Shown here one piece after another: positions 30,133 to 39,889 of a stretch of DNA of 64,000 bases (within the stretch, counting starts at the first letter, position 1; the number at the start of each line of letters is the position of its first letter). Location of the stretch: contig CAWECG010000004.1 of the NCBI GenBank assembly GCA_963807605.1, positions 416,001 through 480,000 of the forward strand. The letters run 5' to 3'. A program made the position numbers and the translations under genes. The notes beneath the pieces were generated by a model that saw only the letters and a list, made by a program, of their open reading frames with translations, had not been told where the DNA came from and did no database searches. Source of the DNA: Candidatus Bathyarchaeota archaeon. GTDB taxonomy: Archaea; Thermoproteota; Bathyarchaeia; 40CM-2-53-6; RBG-13-38-9.

Positions 30133-30480
30133 TCAATCTTGCTTCGGAGAATAGGCATGAGCAATGAAGAACGATACGAGATCTTTTGAAGCGTGCCATG
30201 CTGCGACATGTATCCCTTCGTGTGCCAACTGAGCTCCATATCGGACTAATTCATGTTGCGGAATAAGTGCGACCCATACGCAGTTTGGCATCCTTCGCCT
30301 TCTGGCCTTTATCTTCTGGAGCACGTTAGACACATCTGGCATCCTGAAATATACCTCGAAGCATACACGGTTCCCCGAAGCTGTCGTAGCAGTAACGTCA
30401 ATCTCCCCAGCTCTCTGCCCTTTTACAGGTGCTTCCCTTTCATATTGGCGGTAGTCCTCGTGGGTCAACTCTCTGACCAA
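30133..30480 (-). CDS. PD-(D/E)xK-fold protein or fragment
   Basis: GEIDVTA..RVCFEVY. Confidence 0.5.
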   Translation of the reverse strand: MVRELTHEDYRQYEREAPVKGQRAGEIDVTATTASGNRVCFEVYFRMPDVSNVLQKIKARRRRMPNCVWVALIPQHELVRYGAQLAHEGIHVAAWHASKDLVSFFIAHAYSPKQD

Positions 30481-30783
30481 TGCATTTAACCCATCGCCAT
30501 GTGAAACAAAATAGTCGATAAGCTCATCCTGATTTCGGAACGTGTCAACACCTCATAGTCTAAAGTTACATTATCACAAAGATAAAGTCTAGAGAATGAA
30601 GCACTTCGCCTTGATGTCGTCACTGCTAATGATCGTGATCCTCTCCAGATTCATAGTAGCCTTCGGTGTTGCATACGTCAGGTCTAAACGCATGAGCCTT
30701 AGCCATATTATGGTGAGTTCTATGCCTTCCCACGGTTATAGGATAGCCCTTCAGATAAGAAACCCTAAAGGACTCGATGTGGC

Positions 30784-31416
30784 ATGGTCAGAATATACCT
30801 GGACATAGAAACATACAGGCCCAAAAAAGAAGGCGCTTTCACAGATGAGAAGATAGTCTTAGTCGGGTTAATCCGAGACGAAACTCTCTACAAGGAGAAC
30901 AGTCTGAGAGAACGTGCCGAACCCATCCTCTTTTCCGAGTGGCCGGAAGGTTCAGAGAAACAGATACTCGTGTCCACATTTGAATTCATAGAGCAAATGA
31001 CCCAAACCCACAAGTTCACTATAATCGTAGGGTTCAACATTCTCCGGTACGACATCCCCTTGATGATCGTTAAGGCGACCGACCACGGGATTCAGAAAGT
31101 TGACGATATTTCTAAGTTCTGGTACAATGTTTTCACTGCAGACTATTTTCAAGAACTTTTACCAGCCAACCAGAACTTGTTCAAAGGACTAAGACTGGAC
31201 AGGCTCGTAGAAAAGGCAAAAGAGCTTGGTGCGGATCCTCCTGAGATCTTCGGAACTGGTGCGGATGTCAAAGAATGGTATGAAAAAAAGATGTACGACA
31301 AGATTGAGAAGCACATCACACAAGACCTGCAGATTGCCCGCTGGCTTGACCTATTTGGTGCGAAGCGTCTAATTGCCGAATCGCTTCGACTTCAAGCTCC
31401 GCTTTTCCGGGAGTGA
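30784..31416 (+). CDS. RNase H-like DEDD 3'-5' exonuclease
   Basis: YLDIET, GFNILRYDIP, HITQDL. Confidence 0.8.
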   Translation: MVRIYLDIETYRPKKEGAFTDEKIVLVGLIRDETLYKENSLRERAEPILFSEWPEGSEKQILVSTFEFIEQMTQTHKFTIIVGFNILRYDIPLMIVKATDHGIQKVDDISKFWYNVFTADYFQELLPANQNLFKGLRLDRLVEKAKELGADPPEIFGTGADVKEWYEKKMYDKIEKHITQDLQIARWLDLFGAKRLIAESLRLQAPLFRE

Positions 31417-31440
31417 GCCAACAAAGCACTTGACTCCGAC

Positions 31441-31629
31441 ATGACGCTACAACCTAGCACATAAGCTACAACAGCAACACCTACGCCTACCATAGGACCA
31501 TCTACCGCTCAACCAAGCTTAGACACCAGTACTCTCGAAATGTTAGCTGGAGTGGTAATCGTCGTTCTTGTAGTTGCTGGAGTCTTCATCAGAAAAAGAA
31601 GGAAAGCCCCCACGAAGGCTTCAGAATAA
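31441..31629 (+). pseudogene. C-terminal remnant of a surface protein (Thr/Pro linker, TM, basic tail)
   Basis: ATTATPTPTIGPST...MLAGVVIVVLVVAGVFIRKRRK; in-frame TAA at 31462. Confidence 0.6.
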
Positions 31630-32095
31630 ACTCGCCAGTGGAGCTTTGTTTATCTTATTACACATCTTTGCCCAAGTTTTCTATCCTCCTAACACTTTCT
31701 TCGATCGACGCTAAGCATCAGTCGTCCAGCCTAGCAAGACGTCAGATTCTAGTGGTGGGTATCTTTTGATGAGGGCGTCCAAATCTGAACCGCTGGGCAC
31801 TAGAGTACTATTTGCTGCATCCAGTAAATTCATTTGACCAAGTGCGATGTAATGATGCGATCGCCGGGACTCAAATTGCTAGCCTTCTATTTCTAGGACT
31901 TGGGAAATTGGTCCGAGTCTACTCCACTTCTGCGACCCTTATCTTCTCTATTGACTTCTTCCAAGCTCTTTTTCATGGTCCAGCCAAGGGAAGAGAGGTA
32001 TATCTCTCTACCCAACTATCTCCAGCGACCTGAAGACCCGCCACGCCAGCCATGTGGATGTAGAACCTTAGGGGCCCCTCTAGTGGAGGATTGTC

Positions 32096-32726
32096 ATGGT
32101 AAATAGAGATGAGATGCTTGACCGTTGGATTAGAGCCTCGATGATAAGGAATTTCAAAGCTAGCTGGAAGCCGATTGCACTGGAAAGAGAGGAGACATAT
32201 GAGTCTGTGAGACCGGATAAACCATCTCACTCATATAGAGGCAGGCGATCGCCTGAAGGCGTTCTGGTAACAGGGTTCATTCGGTTGAAACCTCTTGGTG
32301 AAGGAGACTATTCGAGGCGTGAGTTCAGTGTAGGCAGAGAGTGGGGACCGAGAAGCCTCACTACATAATTGACCGTACACGCGGAGTTAAGAGACGAATA
32401 TATCCGTCGGACGAAGCTTACAAACAGTGGCTCAATATATTCCCGCCAGAAAGGGTAATAACGAGTCCACCGAGAAGAATCAACCTCGTATTCGAGAACG
32501 ACTATGAAATGTGGCTTCTAGAAGCTAAAGCTGACCCAGACAAGCTGGAGGAAGCCCTAGGACAGGTGCTGGTGGACAGAACTCTATTCAAAAAGATAGC
32601 ATCTCTCATAAGCCTATTCGACTTGGCATGATCTGTAAGGAGTGCCCTCGACATATTGAAGAGACTTGTGAGGAGCTCGACATAACGGTCTTCGAGAGAA
32701 CATTGAATGGTTTTGGGGGAAGCTAA
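32096..32726 (+). pseudogene. Frameshifted PD-(D/E)xK nuclease
   Basis: Three consecutive frames give ..RINLVF..WLLEAK..EALGQVL.. then IRLGMICKEC..IEETCEELDITVF. Confidence 0.6.
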
Positions 32727-33408
32727 AAGAGAAGGAGAGAAAAGGGTAGACTTGGTATTGACATGGTTAGTTAGACGCAGGGAACATCACAATGTGGACC
32801 GATGGCTTCTCATTGGGCCAATCATATTTCTCGTCCTTACGATTGGGATATTTGTTGAGGCGCCTGCATTCTACTTCGGACCCAAGGTACGAAATGTAGA
32901 GACCGACTCGTATACTACAATTAACTTCACTGAGATTCTGTATCAGATCCCGCTTATTGTTGCTACGGGCCTTGTCGCAGTCGCCACATATCTTGTATTT
33001 CGCGCAACAAAGGAGATGGCACATAACATTATTAGGCCATTCCTTATCGTAAGGCCTTCCACACCTCATGAAAGAGAAGAATATTTTCTCTGCCGCAACT
33101 TCCCCGATGGCAGTCAGCCAGAGCGGTGGGAATTCATCAATAAGAAAGGCATCATTTTGGAGAACGTGGGTCTTGGTCCTGCTGTGAAGGGTAAAGTCAC
33201 AGTGAGGGTCGACGGAAGATCCATGAGCGAAACTTTCGGTAGACTATATAGATCTGAGGCTGATGGAGAATTTCGCTACTTCTATCCGAGCCCCAGCTCG
33301 CGCAATATTGAGATTCCTGAGGACGTTCACGAGATATCGGTCGGGATGCAGTACTACGACATAGCAGAGAAATACTACTCTCAGAGGGCCCAGCGTATCG
33401 CGGTTTAG
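32707..33408 (+). CDS. Membrane-anchored hypothetical protein
   Basis: Two TM helices plus LENVGLGPA Ig-like motif. Confidence 0.6.
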   Translation: MVLGEAKREGEKRVDLVLTWLVRRREHHNVDRWLLIGPIIFLVLTIGIFVEAPAFYFGPKVRNVETDSYTTINFTEILYQIPLIVATGLVAVATYLVFRATKEMAHNIIRPFLIVRPSTPHEREEYFLCRNFPDGSQPERWEFINKKGIILENVGLGPAVKGKVTVRVDGRSMSETFGRLYRSEADGEFRYFYPSPSSRNIEIPEDVHEISVGMQYYDIAEKYYSQRAQRIAV

Positions 33409-33972
33409 GATTTAGCCATAATAATTTCAATCAATCTCTCATACTAACTGATGCCTACAGTTCATTTCGCCTCTACGCCTACGAACAACATGATAGCGCG
33501 CGCTTTGAGCCTTTTCCTATATGTTTTACCACTGAAAGTCATGTTTAGTCTCCTGTCTCGAATATCCATCAATCTTTGTCCGCACTAGAAATGGACACAC
33601 CTATGTCTCCATTTCCCTGGCAATTATGGAGCATCCCTATTCAATATACATAGAGTGCAGGCGCTTGAGAACTCACCATTAAAAGCGTAATTGTACACGA
33701 GATATCAAGTTTCAAACTAAGTATTCATACCTATTAGAGATGGGAAAGAGAGAGCAAAATACAAGATAACAAGAAATAAGGACAATACAACCACTACATC
33801 CAAACAAGCCAATAAAGAACAAATCGAAGAGAAGGAACGACATATCAAAACACATAATAAAACAAGAAGATAGGACCAACAAAGAGATAACAAACAATAC
33901 AGACAAGATTTGGTGTGGGCCCCTCTAGAAGGAGAACACTTGAAAACAGATACCTGCCAAGAGGGGTAGGCT

Positions 33973-34218
33973 ATGCTTCATGGGCGATGGACAGCAGAAG
34001 AGAAGATCAGGATAGTTCTGGAATCATTGAATACCCACATAGGTGTGGCTGAGCTATGCAGGAAATACGCTGTGAACCCAACTGTATTCTACATATGGAA
34101 AGAGAAGTTCATCCAAGGAGGAAAACAGGCTCTCACCCGATCCAGAAGAAATAGTGGGGAAGGGACGCTCCAAGCAGAGAATGAGTGCTTGAAGCAACGA
34201 TCGGTGAACTCACCATAA
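33973..34218 (+). mobile_element. Truncated IS transposase OrfA (HTH_Tnp_1, IS3-like)
   Basis: RWTAEEKIRIVLESL..VAELCRKY.V....Y.WKEKF..L.AEN; no DDE domain follows. Confidence 0.8.
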
Positions 34219-34232
34219 CGAATGATGCATTC

Positions 34233-34358
34233 AAAAAATTTTGCGTTGACTACATGAGGATATACATCGTATCCGAGTTCGCTCTCAAGAACATCTCTGA
34301 CGATGGCCCATGTCCTCCCACGTTCATGATTCTCGAAATATGCAACGTTTTCCAGCAA
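34233..34358 (-). pseudogene. DNA cytosine-C5 methyltransferase internal fragment
   Basis: LLENV..F.NH..GRTW..V..L.SELGY.V...VNAKFF (motifs VI-VIII). Confidence 0.7.
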
Positions 34359-34411
34359 CGTTGACTTATGGAACTGCCGGGGGGGGAAGCCTCAATTGTT
34401 CCTGTTACCTG

Positions 34412-34541
34412 CGCGTAACTAGGAAGCTACAGGATGACCCTAATCGAAGATGTTGTCAAAAAGCTCCAAATAAAAAAAGGCGACAAAGGTCTATTCATGC
34501 TGGATGAAGGGTCAGGACGCATGTACATAAAGAAAGCATAA
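34412..34541 (+). pseudogene. Frameshifted AbrB/MazE-family gene
   Basis: RVTRKLQ / MTLIEDVVKKLQIKKGDK..FMLDEGSGRMYIKKA. Confidence 0.6.
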
Positions 34542-34609
34542 ATTGTCCAAAGCGCGTTTATTCATATTCTGATCAGAAGCGTGTTAGATACGTTCAAGAG
34601 AGGAAACTA

Positions 34610-35173
34610 ATGGTTTGGACGGCTTTCATTTTTCATGGGAATTTGGATGATTTGATGTTATTCGCTGTCGAAACACTGCGGCCTCTTATGAGGAGATTTG
34701 AGGTCGAGAAGTGGATTCAAGGATTCAACTTCAACTTCTATTCAGGTCAAAATACGCACATGAGCTTACGTTTGGATCTTGCCAAGAAACATCAGAGACA
34801 AGCCAGAAAAGAGTTGAGCAAGCTGCCTTTGAAACCTGAGCCTGGAGAATATGTTGAGCAGGATAAGATAGCGAAATTCTATGAATTGGGAAGTAGATGG
34901 GCTTTCCTTCTGTATGAACAGATTGAGAAGAGAAGATTTCAGAAAGAGTGGATCAGAGATGAAAACTTCATACTCGCTTTTCACGCCTTGTGCAATTCAT
35001 TGGGCTTCGGTTACGAGGAGGAAATTGCGACTTACCTTAAGGCCATTAGCAGAATAGGCGACAAACTCGGCAAATTCGATGAAATCAAGGATGATCTAAG
35101 AATGATTAATGAGAAATCTAGACAATGGTTCCTAAAGCAAAAAACCAGCAATCAGGATTCATTTGAAGGGTAA
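34610..35173 (+). CDS. Hypothetical protein resembling a lantibiotic dehydratase C-terminal / thiopeptide-type domain
   Basis: LRPL..WI..F.F.FY...HMSLRL ... FH.LCNSLG...EE pattern. Confidence 0.45.
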   Translation: MVWTAFIFHGNLDDLMLFAVETLRPLMRRFEVEKWIQGFNFNFYSGQNTHMSLRLDLAKKHQRQARKELSKLPLKPEPGEYVEQDKIAKFYELGSRWAFLLYEQIEKRRFQKEWIRDENFILAFHALCNSLGFGYEEEIATYLKAISRIGDKLGKFDEIKDDLRMINEKSRQWFLKQKTSNQDSFEG

Positions 35174-35212
35174 ACTCGTGGGCATGGGAAGTATGTATTT
35201 GGTGGTAAACTG

Positions 35213-35867
35213 GTGGGCGAATCCCACTCCACGCACTATAGTACTGGCAAATTAGTATCCATCAACCGCGCAAGTGTGGCGATGTCATAGTATGGTTCAT
35301 TCCAATCCCTGCAATCGGACGCTTCTCGCTCTGATCCCTCGAGGCACTCGAAAATAATCAGGAGTATGTGTGCCCTAGCGGGTTAGAGCACGCGAATTTG
35401 AACTGATGGTTCTTCTTGTGCGTCTTTTGGTGAGGACACAAAAACACGAATCGTATAATAATGTGTGATATCTAAGGAATGCTGATCCTCTGTTAGAAAC
35501 TAGTGTAGTTTAGGGAATCGAACTTTATCCATACCCCGCCCGGAGCTTCATGTTACTAATTAGAGGCTTTTCCGCTCAATTATTATTCATAGTTGTTCCA
35601 GTGAGAAAGAATTTAAGCCACAAAACCGTACTATCCAGAAGAGATGCTTCTGGAATGGGTTTTTCCATGAAAAAAGAGCGGGATTTAGACCCTAATGGGT
35701 TTAAAACCCACCCGGTCCACTATTGCTTGGCTCATTTGACTCTCATGACTTCCGCCCACTATTCAAGCCCTAACCAAAGTGAATTGGCCTAACAGCTGAA
35801 CCGTTCAGATCAGTCAATCTTGATGGTATCTGACCCTTTATTTAGTCCAACACCCGCGGGTCCATTA
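35213..35867 (+). repeat. Cluster of tRNA 3'-end fragments (35213-35238 Leu-like, 35534-35550 Thr-like, 35696-35722 Ala-like, 35845-35867 degenerate)
   Basis: T-arm plus acceptor-strand patterns ending in CCA-like triplets; isotype labels inferred. Confidence 0.6.
35721..35860 (+). repeat. 140-bp direct repeat Y, copy 1
   Basis: 9 mismatches to 49698-49837 by manual count. Confidence 0.95.
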
Positions 35868-36141
35868 TGATGTACTTGTTGGACGCGCCCGAGATTGTTT
35901 TGCCAGTATTATGTGAGCCACAATTATAGCTAGACTTTGTACAGATTAACACTTCATTCAAACTATGCGTATCATAAGGGTTCCACGCGACTCCTTTCAT
36001 GTATAGACATGACATAAATGCTCAGTTGCCAAAGAACACGAGGTTTCAAAGAACGAGTGAAACGCGTCTAAGAGACACGGAGCGCACGAAGGGGGTTTAG
36101 CACAAGGAGAGTGAAGAACTACCGCCTTTTTGGTGATCCGT

Positions 36142-36657
36142 ATGGACGTCATCGTTGACGATTTGGACATTAAGATTCTCAGAGAGTACTTGAAAGATGC
36201 TCGGCTTTCATGCAGGGAGGTAGCAAGGAGGCTCCACACCTCAATCAAAACGGTTCTTGTGAGGCTTCATGAACTGGAGAAAGAAGGTGTAGTTAAAGGA
36301 TACTCAGTAGTTCTAGATTATGAGAAGCTTGACTTCACTATCACAGCCATCATTGAGGTCGTTGTCTCGAGAGGACGACTGATTGAGATGGCGGAGCAGA
36401 TCGTTAGGTTACCCAATACCATAGCAGTTTACGATGTGACAGGCGACACAGATGCAATAGTGATCTCCAAGTTCAAGAGTATGGATGACTTGAGCACTTT
36501 CACAAAGTGGATGTTGAAACTGCCCTCCATAGAAAGAATAAACACCCACGTTGTCCTGACATCCCTCAAGGAAGACCTAAGACTGGATCCGCAAGTAAAA
36601 GAAGGGCCCGCCGTAATGTTCAATAGACATCCAAATTCCCTTTGTGCTGAGCTTTAG
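36142..36657 (+). CDS. Lrp/AsnC transcriptional regulator
   Basis: DDLDIKIL..DARLS..LEKEGVVKGY, VYDVTGDTD. Confidence 0.92.
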   Translation: MDVIVDDLDIKILREYLKDARLSCREVARRLHTSIKTVLVRLHELEKEGVVKGYSVVLDYEKLDFTITAIIEVVVSRGRLIEMAEQIVRLPNTIAVYDVTGDTDAIVISKFKSMDDLSTFTKWMLKLPSIERINTHVVLTSLKEDLRLDPQVKEGPAVMFNRHPNSLCAEL

Positions 36658-36696
36658 GCATTAGCGTGTACACAAAAAACGATCAGATCACGCTAA

Positions 36697-37626
36697 TCAA
36701 TACTTCCTTATTCCACTGAAGGATGCGTTTAGTATAGTCCTCCTCGTGATGTCGACTGCCCGATAGATTGTATTCCTGATCTCGTCAGCCACCTCGCTCA
36801 ACATTCTGACCAATACACCTGAGTTGTGAGGGAGACTCGTTGCACCTCCCAAAATGTTAGGAGTTTGTTTCAGACTGGCATTTATTTCATCGACCAGTTG
36901 TTTTACGTAGTCCTGTTTTGTAATTATGTACAGACTGCCTACAACAGACTTCTCGCCGAGTATTCCCAAGGTCTTAAGGTTGAATTTCTTTGGTTCTAAT
37001 ATGAAGATGTCTGTAAATTGTATAAGATTATTCTGATTTGTCGCCTGTGTTTTCAGGTAGCAAACATCATATTCGAATGATTCACCGCTCGCGACCCTGC
37101 CAGGGGTTAATATTTCCGAATATAACGCTGTTCCGTTATCGTGGACTTTCAATGCTGTCGTTTGGTAGAACCGTGAATTGCGGTAGGGGATTATTTGGTC
37201 AGGGATGTACTCAAAATAGCAACCGTCATCTACGAAAATAGTAACGACTTGCGTGGCATAATTTCGCTCCATCCTGTATATTCTGGTTGCACCTTGAGTG
37301 GTGATATGGGCGCAAGCGTTTTTAGTTAAAGATAAGTCGATTCGATACCTATCGCCCTGCAGTATCCCGCCGGAGGCAGTCATCACATACACATACGCCA
37401 TTGAAGGGAGCGACTCTTCCAAATAGAGAGCTTTCTGAGTGAAAAGAGGCACTTTAGCGAACTGATCCTTAATCACCGTCTTTCCTATTTCAGGGTTATT
37501 TTCCAATAGAAGTACCAATGCACCTAGTTTACCAGCTCTTCCAGGCTTCAGTTGCAGCAGTTCCGATTCGTACGCCAAAATCTCAGGCGGAATATCTTCT
37601 GGCGTATAGAATTCTACATCATACAT
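36697..37626 (-). CDS. ureD: Urease accessory protein UreD
   Basis: SGGILQGD, TTQGATRIY, PGRVASGE. Confidence 0.92.
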   Translation of the reverse strand: MYDVEFYTPEDIPPEILAYESELLQLKPGRAGKLGALVLLLENNPEIGKTVIKDQFAKVPLFTQKALYLEESLPSMAYVYVMTASGGILQGDRYRIDLSLTKNACAHITTQGATRIYRMERNYATQVVTIFVDDGCYFEYIPDQIIPYRNSRFYQTTALKVHDNGTALYSEILTPGRVASGESFEYDVCYLKTQATNQNNLIQFTDIFILEPKKFNLKTLGILGEKSVVGSLYIITKQDYVKQLVDEINASLKQTPNILGGATSLPHNSGVLVRMLSEVADEIRNTIYRAVDITRRTILNASFSGIRKY

Positions 37627-37631
37627 TTCCT

Positions 37632-38294
37632 TTATCCATTCGTCACCAATTCTTTTGGAGGAGCGTCAAAGATGACGTCTCGTATTATATGTTCGACAAC
37701 TTTGTCGATATTTTGGTCTGTCTTACAGTTGATGAATAGGTATGGTTTGTCACGTCTTATCACCTTGGCATCTCGTTCCATCACTGAGAGATCCGCCCCG
37801 ACATACGGGGCAAGGTCTATCTTGTTGATAAGGAGTAGATCGCAGTTCTCTATCCCTAACCCCCTCTTCCTTGGATACTTATCCCCTCCGGCAACGTCTA
37901 TGATGTAGATGAAATAATCCGCGAGGGCCGGGCTAAAGGTGGTAGTAATGTTGTCCCCCCCGCTCTCTATGAGTATAAGATCCAATTCACTGTGTTCTGA
38001 CTCCATTTCCTCAACTAGGGATAGATTCATCGATGGGTCTTCCCGAATTGCTGTGTGAGGGCAGCCTCCTACTGCCAATCCTACTACCAAATCTTCAGGT
38101 ACTAGACCTCTTTCGAATGACAGGTTCTTTCGCATCCTATCAGCATCTTCTTTGGAGACGACGTCGTTCGAAATTATGCCTACTTTGTATCTTCTCTCTG
38201 CAAGATATGGAACGACCCGCTCTATCAGGGCAGTCTTTCCAGAACCAACAGGACCGCCGATTCCGACTCTCGGTATATGTTTCAAACTTTGCAT
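37632..38294 (-). CDS. ureG: Urease accessory GTPase UreG
   Basis: GGPVGSGKT, GGCPHTAIRED, ESGGDN, NKID. Confidence 0.95.
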   Translation of the reverse strand: MQSLKHIPRVGIGGPVGSGKTALIERVVPYLAERRYKVGIISNDVVSKEDADRMRKNLSFERGLVPEDLVVGLAVGGCPHTAIREDPSMNLSLVEEMESEHSELDLILIESGGDNITTTFSPALADYFIYIIDVAGGDKYPRKRGLGIENCDLLLINKIDLAPYVGADLSVMERDAKVIRRDKPYLFINCKTDQNIDKVVEHIIRDVIFDAPPKELVTNG

Positions 38295-38305
38295 TTTCAC
38301 AGGCC

Positions 38306-39010
38306 TCAAGTCGCAAACATTCTGACTGGTAACTCTTCATGAGCAATTTGCGCTATATCGATTACAGGGGCAAACTGCCACATATCCGACAGTTTCCTGC
38401 TGATATTCTTCTTTACGGTTTCCAATATCAGGGGTTTTAACTGATTGATTATTCTCTGGGCTTCAAAATGATCCACCATGCCCAGCCTTAGAGCTGCCCC
38501 GACGATGCTGGCGACGAAGGAATATATCAATACCATGCCAGCCCTACTCTTTGGGATTTCGAAGATGGCGCAAGCCAAAGCCAGCGCTACTGGATAGATT
38601 CCTGTGACCTGCCCGTTTTGAACGGCACTTTGATAATCGTCGAGAGCTCTGTTACCTCTAATAAATGATCCTAAACATTTCAGTACTTGTCTACCTGATC
38701 TGACTGAGGTTTCCCTAATCTCGCGGACAAGCTTCATTGAGTAAATTAGCTGATCTGCCTCTTTCAATTTCTCAAAATCAAAGTTCTTGACAAATTCGTA
38801 GGCGTTGCCAAGGACTACGCAGTCCGCAGGACCAATCTGGTTTTCAATGTATGCTTTTAGAAGATCCTGCAGCTTGTCAGCAGTCCTCACTTTCTTCTCG
38901 TAAAAAAATGTCTCAAGCCCGCTCGATGTCAAAAACATGCCGGTCGGGAAGAGTGAGTCTGAAAGTTGCAACATACTAATGTCGCATTCATTAATTTCAT
39001 CAGTGTTCAT
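38306..39010 (-). CDS. ureF: Urease accessory protein UreF
   Basis: LQLSDSLFPTG..SSGLE, AALRLG, HE....RMF. Confidence 0.92.
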   Translation of the reverse strand: MNTDEINECDISMLQLSDSLFPTGMFLTSSGLETFFYEKKVRTADKLQDLLKAYIENQIGPADCVVLGNAYEFVKNFDFEKLKEADQLIYSMKLVREIRETSVRSGRQVLKCLGSFIRGNRALDDYQSAVQNGQVTGIYPVALALACAIFEIPKSRAGMVLIYSFVASIVGAALRLGMVDHFEAQRIINQLKPLILETVKKNISRKLSDMWQFAPVIDIAQIAHEELPVRMFAT

Positions 39011-39515
39011 GCTCTTCCATTCCTTTGCTCGGTTCAAATACCATCGTTTCTTTTGTTATTTGAAGATGGTCAGATATTGGGGCAAAAAGTAAATTTAGCA
39101 TATCAATTTCGCTGTCGGCTTGAATTGGCAGGTAGATCTTATAGTCGTCAATACTTATTGGGCGATGTAGATTACCAAGAGCATGCCCTATCTTCACAGT
39201 AAGTTCAAAGCACTCATGATCTTCATGATGATCTTTCATCTGGATTACCGCTACACGCTCTGGCTCTATCTCCACAACGATCATTTTTTCTTTCTCAAGA
39301 AAAATCACATCCCCGTTCCTCATGATTGTGCCGGGTGCCAGTTGAATCCCAACATCCGTGCCTTCGTCAGTCTTCTTCCTCATCCTGATGCGCTGTGATT
39401 CCAGCCTGCTTATTCTCAGCTTCTCACAAAGATGATTCTTGCACATCGTCCTATACTTTTCATCGAGTTTCGCATCATCCTTTATGTTACCAATAACTGA
39501 TTGAGCCAAAATCAT
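39000..39515 (-). CDS. ureE: Urease accessory protein UreE
   Basis: GHALGNLH, C-terminal HEH. Confidence 0.9.
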   Translation of the reverse strand: MILAQSVIGNIKDDAKLDEKYRTMCKNHLCEKLRISRLESQRIRMRKKTDEGTDVGIQLAPGTIMRNGDVIFLEKEKMIVVEIEPERVAVIQMKDHHEDHECFELTVKIGHALGNLHRPISIDDYKIYLPIQADSEIDMLNLLFAPISDHLQITKETMVFEPSKGMEEHEH

Positions 39516-39889
39516 TTCTTATCATCTTTCTTCCGTTTTCTGGATTTGCGGAGCTTTCCCACTCGCTTTCTCATCTCGTCAAGTCTCTGTGCATAATCAA
39601 CGGATCCCAAGTGGGCAAACGCCTCTCTGTGTACGGTAGCGAATATGAATCCTTCATCTCTGAATCTGATTTTTGCTCCTCTTTCGAATTTCTCCGCGAT
39701 GATGCAGAGAGCAAGTCGGTGATCTGGAAAATCAAGGTTTAGATGCGTCAAGGTGTCAACTGGGCCGGACATGTCGTCTATCTGTTTTGCTCTGACTGTT
39801 ACATGCCGTATTCTGGTTGGATCCAAAACGTAGAGACTTTCGTTAACATTGTTGCTCTCGACGCAGTGGCGCACTAACGAGGTTTTCAC
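39512..39889 (-). CDS. Hypothetical protein within urease operon
   Basis: 4-nt overlaps with both neighbours. Confidence 0.65.
   Translation of the reverse strand: MKTSLVRHCVESNNVNESLYVLDPTRIRHVTVRAKQIDDMSGPVDTLTHLNLDFPDHRLALCIIAEKFERGAKIRFRDEGFIFATVHREAFAHLGSVDYAQRLDEMRKRVGKLRKSRKRKKDDKK

Noticed and set aside
29870-32050. Weak CCA-ending motifs at ~29885, ~30010, ~31623 and ~32043 as further tRNA tails
   Set aside because: Too short and lacking a T-loop; could be chance.
33712-33906. Hydrophobic 64-aa ORF
   Set aside because: Reverse reading of an A-rich low-complexity tract.
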